A DNA stretch of 64,000 nt from a virus, in IMG/VR virus record IMGVR_UViG_3300012981_000004, positions 9,131 through 73,130 of that record; one strand, 5' to 3'. How positions within the stretch are numbered: the stretch's first letter is position 1; every line of letters begins with the position of its first letter. A model generated the notes under the pieces. That model was not told the origin of the DNA and did not search any database. It was given only the letters and a program-made list of their open reading frames with translations. The translations under genes were made by a program, and so were the position numbers. This document shows positions 53,621 through 62,099 of the stretch, piece after piece.

Positions 53621-55037
53621 TGGCCATCTCCTTCTTCACGTACGGCACGAGCTTGCGGCCCGCCGCCGTCTGTTTCACCACGCCGACCATGCGACCGGCT
53701 GCCCTCATCTCCCCCCTGTGGTAGGCCACGTCCGCCCCCGTGGCCTTGCTCGCCTTGTAGTGGGTTCGTACCGCCTGGGCGATCTCGTCGGTCGTCCACT
53801 TTTCCATGTCGAGCAGGAGCTTGATGAAGGCTCCCGAGCCCACGCCCTCCTTGGGCTTCGGCATACGGAGCACGTCGGCCATCACCATCTGCGCGGGCTT
53901 GGCAGGCTTGGCCTTGGCCTCCTTAGGCCTGCTGACGGCGACGCTTGAGGTCGTGGTCGGCCTCTCGCCATACTCCACGTCGCGCACCGGATCGTCCGAG
54001 CCGACAGGGGGGCGCAGCAGGTTCCACTCGCGCAGCGTCGGCGACGTGATCTCCTTGCCAGTTTCGATCGAGGCCTTGACGCCTCTCGCCAGCCACGCGC
54101 CGACGGTCGGGCAGACGCCGCGCGCGATCTCGGCGGCCCTGGCGTTGGGCCCCTTGGGCGTGAAGTGGAAGTCCAGCGGGAAGCCCGACAGCAGCTGCAT
54201 CTCCTCCGTGGAGATGAAGCGGTGCTCCGTGGGGTGCACGATGTTGTAACCCACGACGGCGCCGCCCGGTCCCTCGACCGGGAGCCTGTAGTGACCGTAG
54301 GAGGGCCTACCTTTGACGTTGCCCTGCGCGTTCCTCTCGCGCTTCTCCTCCGGGTGCTTGCGCTCCCAGAAGTGCACCAGACGTTCGCCCGGCTTCACCT
54401 GCGCCAGCCGCTTGGCCGTGAAGTACTTGGGCTTCTCCCACATCGGCTCTCCGATTGGCTTGTCGGGCAGCACGTCGAGCGGCGAAGGAGGCGGGGCCCA
54501 GTTGGGCATGATCGGCCGGAACTCGACGCGGTGCTGCACCAGGAAGACGCGGCGGCGCACCTGAGGCAGCCCTAGGTGCTGGGCGTCGTGCAGCAGCACC
54601 GTGGTCGAGTAGCCGTCCTCGGCGGCGTCCCTGGCCAGCTCCTCGGCGAACTCGCGCCCCTTGCTCCAGAGCTGCGTCACGCTCTCGGTCGCGTAGACGG
54701 CGGGCCTGAGCTTGCGGCGGAGCTGGGCGCAGCAGCGGCTGCACTCGACGCGGGGGTCGGTCCGCCACTTGTCGGGTCCGCGGGTCTTGGTGTAGCCCGC
54801 GACCGACCAGGCTGCGCAGGGAGGGTTGGCGAAGACGAAGTCGACCTTGTCGCGGTACTCGTCGATCGGCCAGTTGTCCTTGCCGACGATGATCGGCCGG
54901 CCCGGGAAGTTATGGCGCGCTGTCCTCACGCCGTAGTTGTTCTCCTCGAAGTGCGCCAGCACGTTGAAGTGCCGTCCCACGCCGAGGGCGAAGCCACCGG
55001 CGAACACGTCGGCAGCCAAAGCCGTCAACTCTCTCAT
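53613..55037 (-). CDS. C5 DNA cytosine methyltransferase with extra C-terminal domain
   Basis: DVFAGGF, NPPC, ESV, LPQVRRRVF, HPTEHRFISTEE..SGFP, ARGVCP. Confidence 0.85.
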   Translation of the reverse strand: MRELTALAADVFAGGFALGVGRHFNVLAHFEENNYGVRTARHNFPGRPIIVGKDNWPIDEYRDKVDFVFANPPCAAWSVAGYTKTRGPDKWRTDPRVECSRCCAQLRRKLRPAVYATESVTQLWSKGREFAEELARDAAEDGYSTTVLLHDAQHLGLPQVRRRVFLVQHRVEFRPIMPNWAPPPSPLDVLPDKPIGEPMWEKPKYFTAKRLAQVKPGERLVHFWERKHPEEKRERNAQGNVKGRPSYGHYRLPVEGPGGAVVGYNIVHPTEHRFISTEEMQLLSGFPLDFHFTPKGPNARAAEIARGVCPTVGAWLARGVKASIETGKEITSPTLREWNLLRPPVGSDDPVRDVEYGERPTTTSSVAVSRPKEAKAKPAKPAQMVMADVLRMPKPKEGVGSGAFIKLLLDMEKWTTDEIAQAVRTHYKASKATGADVAYHRGEMRAAGRMVGVVKQTAAGRKLVPYVKKEMANV

Positions 55038-55071
55038 ACCCCGCTCTCCTTCAAATCACGACAAGTCCAGA

Positions 55072-55104
55072 AACGACGAAGGGCGCCCGCTAGGGGCGCC
55101 CTCC
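55072..55104 (-). terminator. Rho-independent terminator
   Basis: Minus strand GAGGGCGCCC-CTAGC-GGGCGCCCTTC followed by GTCGTTT, after 55135-55764. Confidence 0.6.
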
Positions 55105-55134
55105 TTCTCTCTCCTCTGAGCCGATCGCCGCCGG

Positions 55135-55764
55135 CTACTCCTCCTTCGCGTTGGCCCGCGGGGCGTCCGGCACCTTCTTGCCGGCGGCCTTGAGCTTGGC
55201 GCGGTTCCAGCTCACGTCGGAGCCCTTGGCGGTGCTGTCCGGGTAGTGCTTGCCGACGAGCTTGAGGATTTCGTCGGTGCCCTTGCCCTTCATCACCAGG
55301 CTGCGGATGTAGCAGCCGCAGGTGACGTCGGCGCCCGGCTTGAGGTTGTCAGACAGCTCGACGGTGAGCGGCGCGACCTTGCGCGGGGTGGCCGACTTGG
55401 CCTTGGCGGCCTTCTTCTTGGCGGCCTTCTTCTTGGTGGCGGTTGCCATGGTAGACTTCTCCTCGGTAGCCCCCTCGGGGGCGGGTTGCGGTTTCCAGTT
55501 GACGATACGCTCGTAGACGCGCTTTTCTCCCTCCTCCAGGCTGGCGAACCCCTTCACCTTCTCGGCGGACGGGTCCAGGCCGTTGAAGATACCGACCAGC
55601 TGGGCCTTGGTCCAGTGGGCCGTGCTTTCAGGCCCTGTGACCGTTATGGCGGTGAACGCGCTTGGCTTGTTCTCCGACATACCCTTCTGTGCGGCTTCCA
55701 GGTTCTCGAAGGTCTCGACGGAGACCTGCTTGTAACCCGGGAGGTAGAATAAGACGTAGACCAT
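55135..55764 (-). CDS. Lys/Ala-rich protein with C-terminal helical domain homologous to the methyltransferase tail
   Basis: TKKKAAKKKAAKAK linker; GCYIRSLVMKGKGTDEILKLVGKHYPDSTAKGSDVSWNRAKL. Confidence 0.8.
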   Translation of the reverse strand: MVYVLFYLPGYKQVSVETFENLEAAQKGMSENKPSAFTAITVTGPESTAHWTKAQLVGIFNGLDPSAEKVKGFASLEEGEKRVYERIVNWKPQPAPEGATEEKSTMATATKKKAAKKKAAKAKSATPRKVAPLTVELSDNLKPGADVTCGCYIRSLVMKGKGTDEILKLVGKHYPDSTAKGSDVSWNRAKLKAAGKKVPDAPRANAKEE

Positions 55765-55834
55765 GATCTCTCCTTTTGCTCTGGCGGTCCACGCCCGACG
55801 TCCCTTGCCGTGCGGCGCCGGGCGTCTGAAAGTG

Positions 55835-55863
55835 AACCTATGTCAAAGGCGGTCCGGAGTAAA
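55835..55863 (-). promoter_or_regulatory. Sigma70-like promoter TTTACT-17-TAGGTT
   Basis: Intergenic, upstream of 55764. Confidence 0.65.
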
Positions 55864-55895
55864 CCCCTCGTCGCCATATTTTTACTCATCCAAAA

Positions 55896-57362
55896 TCACA
55901 TCCCGTAGCCGTAGACGGACCTCGGCTGCATGAGCCAAAGGCTGTCGAGGGCGCGGGTCACGCCTACGTACCACACGCGGTGCTCAGCGTCGGGCTCCTC
56001 GTCGTAGCCCCGCTTGACCCTGTAGGTCATCTCCGTGTCCAGCAGCACGTTCTCCGCCTCGGCTCCCTTCGCGCCGTGGATGGTCTCGATCCTGACGCGG
56101 GGCTCTTGCGTCAGCTTCTCTCCGCGCCGCAGGCACGCCAGATAATACTCGCGGTCGTCGAGCGGGATGCGCACGAGCGCGTCGTGCCAGATGGGCGTGA
56201 AGTCCGCTCCGAGTTCTGCCGCCGTGTAGGTGGCAGTCTCCTTCACGTCACGGCGCACGCCCATCGCCGACAGCGCGGACGTCGCGGCCTCGCCGTCGAT
56301 CCTCTGGCCCGTGCGCAGCCGCTCGTAGGCCTGGATGGCGCGCACGTGCTTCGGCGACGCCGAGGGCTCTCCCTTCACCCTGTAGAGGACCCCCTGCCCG
56401 CGCGCCTCGGCCTCCAGGCGCGCCAGCTTCCACCTGGTGCGGCCCAGCAGCAGCCACGTGCCCGACGACAGGTCGACCTCCTCCGGCCTCGCCACCCACT
56501 CGACACGGCCGGGCCGATCCGTGGAGCGCGTGTCCTTGGCGTAGCGACGCGAGATGCGGCTGACTATCTCGCGGCTCAGCTCGAACACGCTGCGCGGCAG
56601 CCGGTAGGACAGGGGGAGCACCTCACGCTCGTACGGCAGGTTGAGCAGGTGGTCCTCGGCCGCTCCAGCCCAACGATGGATCGACTGATCGTCGTCCCCT
56701 GCGGCCCACACCTCCTCGGCGTCGCGGAAGGCCGCGTCGGCCACGGCCCACTGCAGCAGCGTGAGGTCCTGCGCCTCGTCGATGATGGCGACGCGCACGG
56801 GCGTCGGCGGCATGGCCTCGTTCGCGTACATCTCCAGCATGTCGGTGAAGTCCACCAGGCCGCGGTCGCGGCGGAACCGTTCATAGGCGGAGGTGAACCG
56901 CTTGAGCCTGTGCCAGTCCACGTCCCCGCCGGTCTGCTGGTTCTCCTCCCAGGCCTGCCGCAGCGGGCGCCTGGTCATCCTGGCGATGCTGTCGAGCGTG
57001 AGCAGCGGGTCGGCCGACTTGCCGGCCATCGGCCCCTCGAAGTCGTAGCTCTGGGGCTGCGCCAGCTCGCCCGTGACCTCGGCCAGCTCCTCCAGGTGCT
57101 CCCTGCCGAACACCGTGCCGCGCTGCAGGTTCATCTCCCTGAAGCAGAGCGAATGGAGCGTGCGGAAGTAGGGCAGCTCCGCGTCGGAGAGGCCGAAGCG
57201 CTGCTTGGCCCGCTCGCGCGCCTCATCGGCCGCGGCGTTGGTGAAGGAGACGAACGCCACCTGACCCGGCGGCACGCCGCGGTCAAGCGCCTCCTCCATG
57301 ACGCGCAGCATGCGGGTGGTCTTGCCTGTTCCAGGACCTCCTAAAACCAATGTATGTTTCAT
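55896..57362 (-). CDS. Second UvrD-like SF1 helicase
   Basis: GGPGTGKTT, IDEAQD, GDDDQSI, SYRLP, TIHGAKGAEA, YVGVTRA. Confidence 0.92.
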   Translation of the reverse strand: MKHTLVLGGPGTGKTTRMLRVMEEALDRGVPPGQVAFVSFTNAAADEARERAKQRFGLSDAELPYFRTLHSLCFREMNLQRGTVFGREHLEELAEVTGELAQPQSYDFEGPMAGKSADPLLTLDSIARMTRRPLRQAWEENQQTGGDVDWHRLKRFTSAYERFRRDRGLVDFTDMLEMYANEAMPPTPVRVAIIDEAQDLTLLQWAVADAAFRDAEEVWAAGDDDQSIHRWAGAAEDHLLNLPYEREVLPLSYRLPRSVFELSREIVSRISRRYAKDTRSTDRPGRVEWVARPEEVDLSSGTWLLLGRTRWKLARLEAEARGQGVLYRVKGEPSASPKHVRAIQAYERLRTGQRIDGEAATSALSAMGVRRDVKETATYTAAELGADFTPIWHDALVRIPLDDREYYLACLRRGEKLTQEPRVRIETIHGAKGAEAENVLLDTEMTYRVKRGYDEEPDAEHRVWYVGVTRALDSLWLMQPRSVYGYGM

Positions 57363-57859
57363 GATTGCACCGGAAAATTGAGTACGGCAAATTCACCATG
57401 GTGAGTTATAGCTGCTGCGTCTCGCACTTTCGCTGCAAGCTGCGCGCTGTCGAACATACCAAGATGATGTTCTTCCATCTCGACACGGATACGCGCGGCG
57501 TACCGACGACCGTAGCGCCGCACACCGATATAACCAACAGCTCCTACCTGACGGCGGGAATTTTGGCCATTCTGAGCATTGGTCGCGCGTCGCAGATTGG
57601 TAAGTTTGTTGTTTGTAGTGTCGTGATCTTTATGATCTAGGCGACGTGGCCACCGTCCATGATGGATCGCCCAGGCAACAAGATGCTCCCGATATTCCTT
57701 GCCGTCGATCTTGACGAACCTGTAACCTTTGGTCTTCTTCAAGGTTCCGGCCCGCTTGCCCACGGTCGCGTGATTACCTCGCCAGACCTTCCGTGTGAGT
57801 ACGCCTGTCGCAGGATCGTACGTCAATAGACGACGAAGATATTTCACCGATGGTCGCAT
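57359..57859 (-). mobile_element. HNH-AP2 homing endonuclease
   Basis: YDPATG, EHLVAW..LDHKDHDTTNNKLTNLR; AP2 domain YIGV..ARIR..LGMFDSA..AA; low GC. Confidence 0.9.
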
Positions 57860-58383
57860 CAGAACACCACCCAGCCGGCGCCGATGAAGTCGAGCTTACC
57901 CGCCATCACACGGTCTCTCTGCTCGTCGGTCATCCGCTCGCCGGGGCAGTCCGTCGGCAGGTCCCCCTCGGCGCCGCCGCAGACCTTGCAATGCGCGAGG
58001 CCGCCGCGGCAGGTCTGGCAGCCGTTGGCCTCGTCGGGGTTCTCGTGGTCGCTCTCGCTGTGCAGGTCGTGCTTGGTCGTCATTTCTTCTCTCCTCTCGC
58101 AGAACAGGTCTTCTACCGTCAGCCTGCGCGGCCGGCCCTCGCGCCGCATGCGCGTCCGCCCGCGCGGGGCCGGCCCGCGCCTCGTCTTCATCGGCCCGCC
58201 GTACCGCTTCCACCAGAAGGCCGGCACGCCTGACGCCGCGGCGGCCTCCTCGGCCTCGGCCACATCCTGCAGCAGCCACGAGAGCATCGTCATGGCGACG
58301 CCCGCGGCGCCGGCGTGCCGCGTCGAGCGGCCCCAGCACCTCCTGGACGCCAGCGCGACCAGGCCGCGCTGCCTCTCTGTCAT
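57859..58383 (-). CDS. Hypothetical protein(s) ending in a Cys-rich domain
   Basis: One open frame. The C-terminal MTTKH..CQTC..CKVC..DCPG part has its own strong RBS at 58083; the true start is uncertain. Confidence 0.5.
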   Translation of the reverse strand: MTERQRGLVALASRRCWGRSTRHAGAAGVAMTMLSWLLQDVAEAEEAAAASGVPAFWWKRYGGPMKTRRGPAPRGRTRMRREGRPRRLTVEDLFCERREEMTTKHDLHSESDHENPDEANGCQTCRGGLAHCKVCGGAEGDLPTDCPGERMTDEQRDRVMAGKLDFIGAGWVVF

Positions 58384-58718
58384 CGGCTCCAATGTGGCCT
58401 CCCCGCGGCGTAGAGCACCGCGCCGCCGCGTCGCGTGTTGACCACGCTGAACACGGGGTCCAGGTGCTCCGGGTTGCAGCACCACCTCCTCTTGCAGACC
58501 AGGTGGTCGAGCAGGAGGAACCGGCATATCGGCCCCCGCAGCAGCGTCCACGTGAGGCGGTGCACCAGCCACGCGGCTCCGTCCCTCTTGCACTTCGAGT
58601 AGCCGTTGCCGCTGTTCCAGCCGAGCTTGTAGCGCCAGCACGCGAGGCCGTCGTCGCAGACGACGACCTCGACACGCTCGGCGAGCCACGCGGGCAGCTG
58701 GGACGGGTGCAGGCTCAC
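58380..58718 (-). CDS. Zn-binding HNH endonuclease
   Basis: CWRY..NGYS..VHRLTW..GPI..LDHLVC..CCNPEHLDPV..NTRRG. Confidence 0.8.
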   Translation of the reverse strand: MSLHPSQLPAWLAERVEVVVCDDGLACWRYKLGWNSGNGYSKCKRDGAAWLVHRLTWTLLRGPICRFLLLDHLVCKRRWCCNPEHLDPVFSVVNTRRGGAVLYAAGRPHWSR

Positions 58719-58915
58719 GGCTTTAACGCCTTCCAAGCTCCAATGCCGGTCTTCACCAGCACCGTGATATAGCCCGCAGCGTCGACGCTGACGGCTACGT
58801 CGACGTTGGACTCGCGCAATATCTTCACGAGCCTGTTGGCCTCGGCGACCTTGTCGGCCAGCTCCACGACGACGGCGGCCTTCTCGCGGCTGCTCATCTC
58901 CCGGACAGCGCCCAT
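58715..58915 (-). CDS. Hypothetical protein
   Basis: 66 aa, coupled. Confidence 0.55.
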   Translation of the reverse strand: MGAVREMSSREKAAVVVELADKVAEANRLVKILRESNVDVAVSVDAAGYITVLVKTGIGAWKALKP

Positions 58916-59379
58916 CAGCCCTGATCCTCCGGCCTGGTGCCGTCGTACTCACGATCCACCGGCGTGGGCTTGCCGTGGCCTTGGTCCATCGCCACGTTGC
59001 GCGGGCTACGGTACGATGACGCCTGGTCGGCGGGCAGCGTGCCCGCCTCCTCGTCGGTGTAGGCGGGGCCGAACACCTGCTCTACGCCGTAGCGCTCGCG
59101 CAGGTCGATGAGCTTGCCGTACTTGGCCACGCGCAGCTCCTCGTCCTTGAGGAAGCGGCGGTTGACGAGCACGTCGACGGCCGCGAGCAGGTCGCCGACC
59201 TCCCCGGCCAGGAGGTCGCGCGGCGGCGGGTTGCCGGCCGCCACCCAGGCGGCGTGCGTCTTGCTCTCGGGAGGGAAGCGCCGGTACTTGCAGACCTCCT
59301 TGATGACCTCCGAGCACTCCTCGACCAGCATGTCGAGGGCCTGTTCAAGCATCAGCGTGTCGTGTGTTATTTCGCTCAT
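58915..59379 (-). CDS. MazG-like nucleotide pyrophosphohydrolase
   Basis: LVEECSEVIKEVCKYRRF..LAGEVGDL. Confidence 0.75.
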   Translation of the reverse strand: MSEITHDTLMLEQALDMLVEECSEVIKEVCKYRRFPPESKTHAAWVAAGNPPPRDLLAGEVGDLLAAVDVLVNRRFLKDEELRVAKYGKLIDLRERYGVEQVFGPAYTDEEAGTLPADQASSYRSPRNVAMDQGHGKPTPVDREYDGTRPEDQG

Positions 59380-61961
59380 TCGCAGCTCCTCACGCCAGTC
59401 TCCTCGTCGATGCGGCAGGAGAGATCGGGCTTACCCTCCTCCTTCTCGACCAGCAGCGCCTCGCGCTGGCCACCGACGCGGTAAGTCGTGCAGCCCTTGG
59501 CCCCCGCGCCGTAGGCCATCGTGTAGATGTCCTTGAAGTCGCCCCACGGGATGTCCTTCGGTACGTTGCAGGTCTTCGATACGGCGCTGTCGACGTGGCG
59601 CTGCGCCACGGCCTGCACCTCGACGTGCTGGCGCGGCGTGACGTCCTTCGGCAGCACCCCCCTGACGCCGAGGTAGGCCACGCCGAAGTCGCGGTAGGTC
59701 CGCTGCATCACGCCGTCCGGCGTGTTGACCGGCCGCTCGTACTCGTGGGAGAACACGGGCTCGATGCCGCCGCTCGCGTTGTCCGCCGTCATGCTGATCG
59801 TCCCCGTGGGCGCGATCGACGTGAGGTGGCTGTTGCGGATGCCGCTGTTGCGGATCATCTCCACGACGTCGGGGTCGAGCGCGCGCTGCAGGAACTCGCT
59901 CGCGCAGTACCTGTCGGCGTCGAACAGGGGGAAGGCCCCCTTCTCGCGCGCCAGCTCGGCGGACGCCCGGTAACAGCGGTCGTTGATGAAGCCAAGCAGC
60001 GCGTTCTCGGCGGCGAGGAAGCCATCGGAGCCGTACGGGTGCCCGCAGGCCTCCAGGGCGTTGGCCATGCCCAACACGCCCAGGCCCATGCGGCGCTTGT
60101 TGCGGGCCTCATCCTGCTGCTGCGGCAACGGGTATAGGGCCTTGTCCACGACGTTGTCCATGGCGCGCACCACGTGGGGCACGTCGTGCTCCAGCTGGCT
60201 ATAGTCGATCGTCCAGCGGCCGATCTCGTCGTGCGTCAGGTACTGCGTGATGTTGAAGGAGCCCAGCAGGCACGAGCCGAACGGCGGCAGCGGCTGCTCG
60301 CCGCAGTTCGATACGAGCACGCCATCGTTGTCGCCTGTAGCGATGAAGAACGTATGTGTCTCGTCGACAGTTCCGCAGTAGACGTCCTCGCGCATCTCCA
60401 ACCTACAGACGCTCTTGACAATATGGTTGTTCGGCCTTCGCCACCCAAGCCTCTGCATGACGGTTCCTTTGGAGCAGCCTAAGCTCTCCGCAATGGTCGC
60501 GTAAGACAGGCCGCTCTCGCGGAGGTCTCGCATGGCTTCAGTGCTCAGCTCTGAGCGCCAGCGTCCGTTGTTCTCTTTCGTGTTGTCCTTCCGCGTGAAG
60601 TGGTTACGGTGCGGGTGCTTCCGCATAGGGTTATCATCGCCAAGCTTGTGCTCGCGCGAATGTTGCCCGTGGCTCTTGAGTTCGAGGTTGGACGGATTGT
60701 TGTCGCGCTTGTTTCCGTTAACGTGATGCGCGTCTACTTCGGCGCCCAAGCCTGCCACGTTCTCGAATGGCACGTGGTGCTCCATCATCGAGAAGCCGTA
60801 ACGGCTAAGGCCAACGTACCCTTTGCCGCGCGGTCCCCGGTACACGCTGCTCAACCTGTCGCCTTTGACAAGGTCCTTGGCCATCACGGCCCTACCGTCG
60901 CGCAGGTAGAATTCATGCGTTGGCGTGCAGCGTACCGTTTGCGTTATGCTTTTCTTTTTGCCGTTCGGCCGCATCAGGGTGATCTCTACCAGCTCAGCCG
61001 AACGTTGCGTCACGCGCGGGCGGCGCATGGTACGGTAGGCGAAGCGACCATTCGCCAGCTGAGTCAGCACATCGACGTCGTTTCCCGCATTCGCCAGCTC
61101 GGCGAAGCTCTTGTGACCCGAGCTTGTCCACACCATAGTGTCGCCGGTGAAGCACGGGTTGGTCGCCGCGATCGTCTCGCAGTAGCGGAGGTTGTTCATG
61201 CGGTTGATGGTGTCGATGAAGATCACACCTGGGTCGGCCCAATCGTAGGTCGAGCGCATGATCTTCTCCCACAGCGCCGCGGCGTCCACGGTCTTGTAGG
61301 GCCGGCCGTCCCACACCAGGTCGAACTCGCCGCCGCGCGCCACCGCCTCCATGAACGCGTCGGTGACGGCGACCGAGATGTTGAAGCCGCGCAGGAGGCC
61401 GTGGCCCTGCTTGCAGCCGACGAACTCCTCGATGTCCGGGTGGTCGCAGCGCAGCACGCCCATCTGGGCGCCGCGCCTGTGCCCGAAGGAGGCCGTGGCC
61501 AGGCAGACCGAGTCGTACACCGGCATGAACGACACGGGGCCCGAGGCTTGGCTGTCGATCTTGACCACGCGGAAGCCGCGCGGCCTGAGCGTCGAGAAGT
61601 CGTAGCCTATGCCTCCGCCCATCCGCATCGTCGCCGCAGCCTCGTGGGCGCGCTGCATGATGCCGCCCTCGTCGGTGAAGGTGTCGGCGATCGTGCCCGA
61701 CACGTAGCAGTTGTTGGCAGTCGTCCGCCTGGTGGCGCCGGCCGACGACTGGATGCGCCCGCCGGGCTGGAACCGCATGTGGAGGAGGGCGTCGCGGAAC
61801 TCGCCGTAGTGGTCGCCGTTGTCGGCGAGGGCGAAGGCCACGCGGTTCATCGCCTCCCTGAAGTTCTCGTTATGCGCGCGGTACTTCATGGCGTGCAGCT
61901 CGTCGGCGCCCCTGGTGCGGGGGCCGACGTGCCGGATAGGATGGTTGGTAGCCGTGGTCAC
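59376..61961 (-). CDS. nrdJ: Class II-like ribonucleotide reductase containing an intein
   Basis: RFQPGGR, NCY, GGGIGYDFS, RRGAQM, NP|CGE, CLLGS, IAPTGT, VSKT. No small subunit in the window. Confidence 0.85.
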   Translation of the reverse strand: MTTATNHPIRHVGPRTRGADELHAMKYRAHNENFREAMNRVAFALADNGDHYGEFRDALLHMRFQPGGRIQSSAGATRRTTANNCYVSGTIADTFTDEGGIMQRAHEAAATMRMGGGIGYDFSTLRPRGFRVVKIDSQASGPVSFMPVYDSVCLATASFGHRRGAQMGVLRCDHPDIEEFVGCKQGHGLLRGFNISVAVTDAFMEAVARGGEFDLVWDGRPYKTVDAAALWEKIMRSTYDWADPGVIFIDTINRMNNLRYCETIAATNPCFTGDTMVWTSSGHKSFAELANAGNDVDVLTQLANGRFAYRTMRRPRVTQRSAELVEITLMRPNGKKKSITQTVRCTPTHEFYLRDGRAVMAKDLVKGDRLSSVYRGPRGKGYVGLSRYGFSMMEHHVPFENVAGLGAEVDAHHVNGNKRDNNPSNLELKSHGQHSREHKLGDDNPMRKHPHRNHFTRKDNTKENNGRWRSELSTEAMRDLRESGLSYATIAESLGCSKGTVMQRLGWRRPNNHIVKSVCRLEMREDVYCGTVDETHTFFIATGDNDGVLVSNCGEQPLPPFGSCLLGSFNITQYLTHDEIGRWTIDYSQLEHDVPHVVRAMDNVVDKALYPLPQQQDEARNKRRMGLGVLGMANALEACGHPYGSDGFLAAENALLGFINDRCYRASAELAREKGAFPLFDADRYCASEFLQRALDPDVVEMIRNSGIRNSHLTSIAPTGTISMTADNASGGIEPVFSHEYERPVNTPDGVMQRTYRDFGVAYLGVRGVLPKDVTPRQHVEVQAVAQRHVDSAVSKTCNVPKDIPWGDFKDIYTMAYGAGAKGCTTYRVGGQREALLVEKEEGKPDLSCRIDEETGVRSCE
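60306..61154 (-). mobile_element. 283-aa intein with HNH endonuclease in RNR
   Basis: Begins CFTGDT, block B TPTHEF, ends VYCGTV..HTF..VLVSN before +1 Cys of CGEQ; internal HHVNGNKRDNNPSNLE; lower GC. Confidence 0.92.
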
Positions 61962-61982
61962 TTCTTCTCTCCTTCTATAGCC

Positions 61983-62099
61983 TCAAAACGAAATTATACG
62001 GTCCCACAGCGCGGGATGAACCCTCGCGAGCCACAGGCACGTGCTAACGCCCCAGCAGAAACCTGCTGCGGCAAAGAGGCCCCACGATAATATCGTCAT
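61983..62099 (-). CDS. 38-aa hydrophobic peptide
   Basis: MTILSWGLFAAAGFCWGVSTCLWL; coupled to the upstream stop. Confidence 0.45.
   Translation of the reverse strand: MTILSWGLFAAAGFCWGVSTCLWLARVHPALWDRIISF

Noticed and set aside
55380-55450. KKKAAKKKAAKAK low-complexity repeat as a separate repeat element
   Set aside because: It is coding low-complexity sequence within the histone-like linker and is covered under that gene.
55881-55911. Plus-strand TTTACT as a divergent promoter
   Set aside because: No -10 at 17-18 bp spacing and no credible plus-strand gene downstream.
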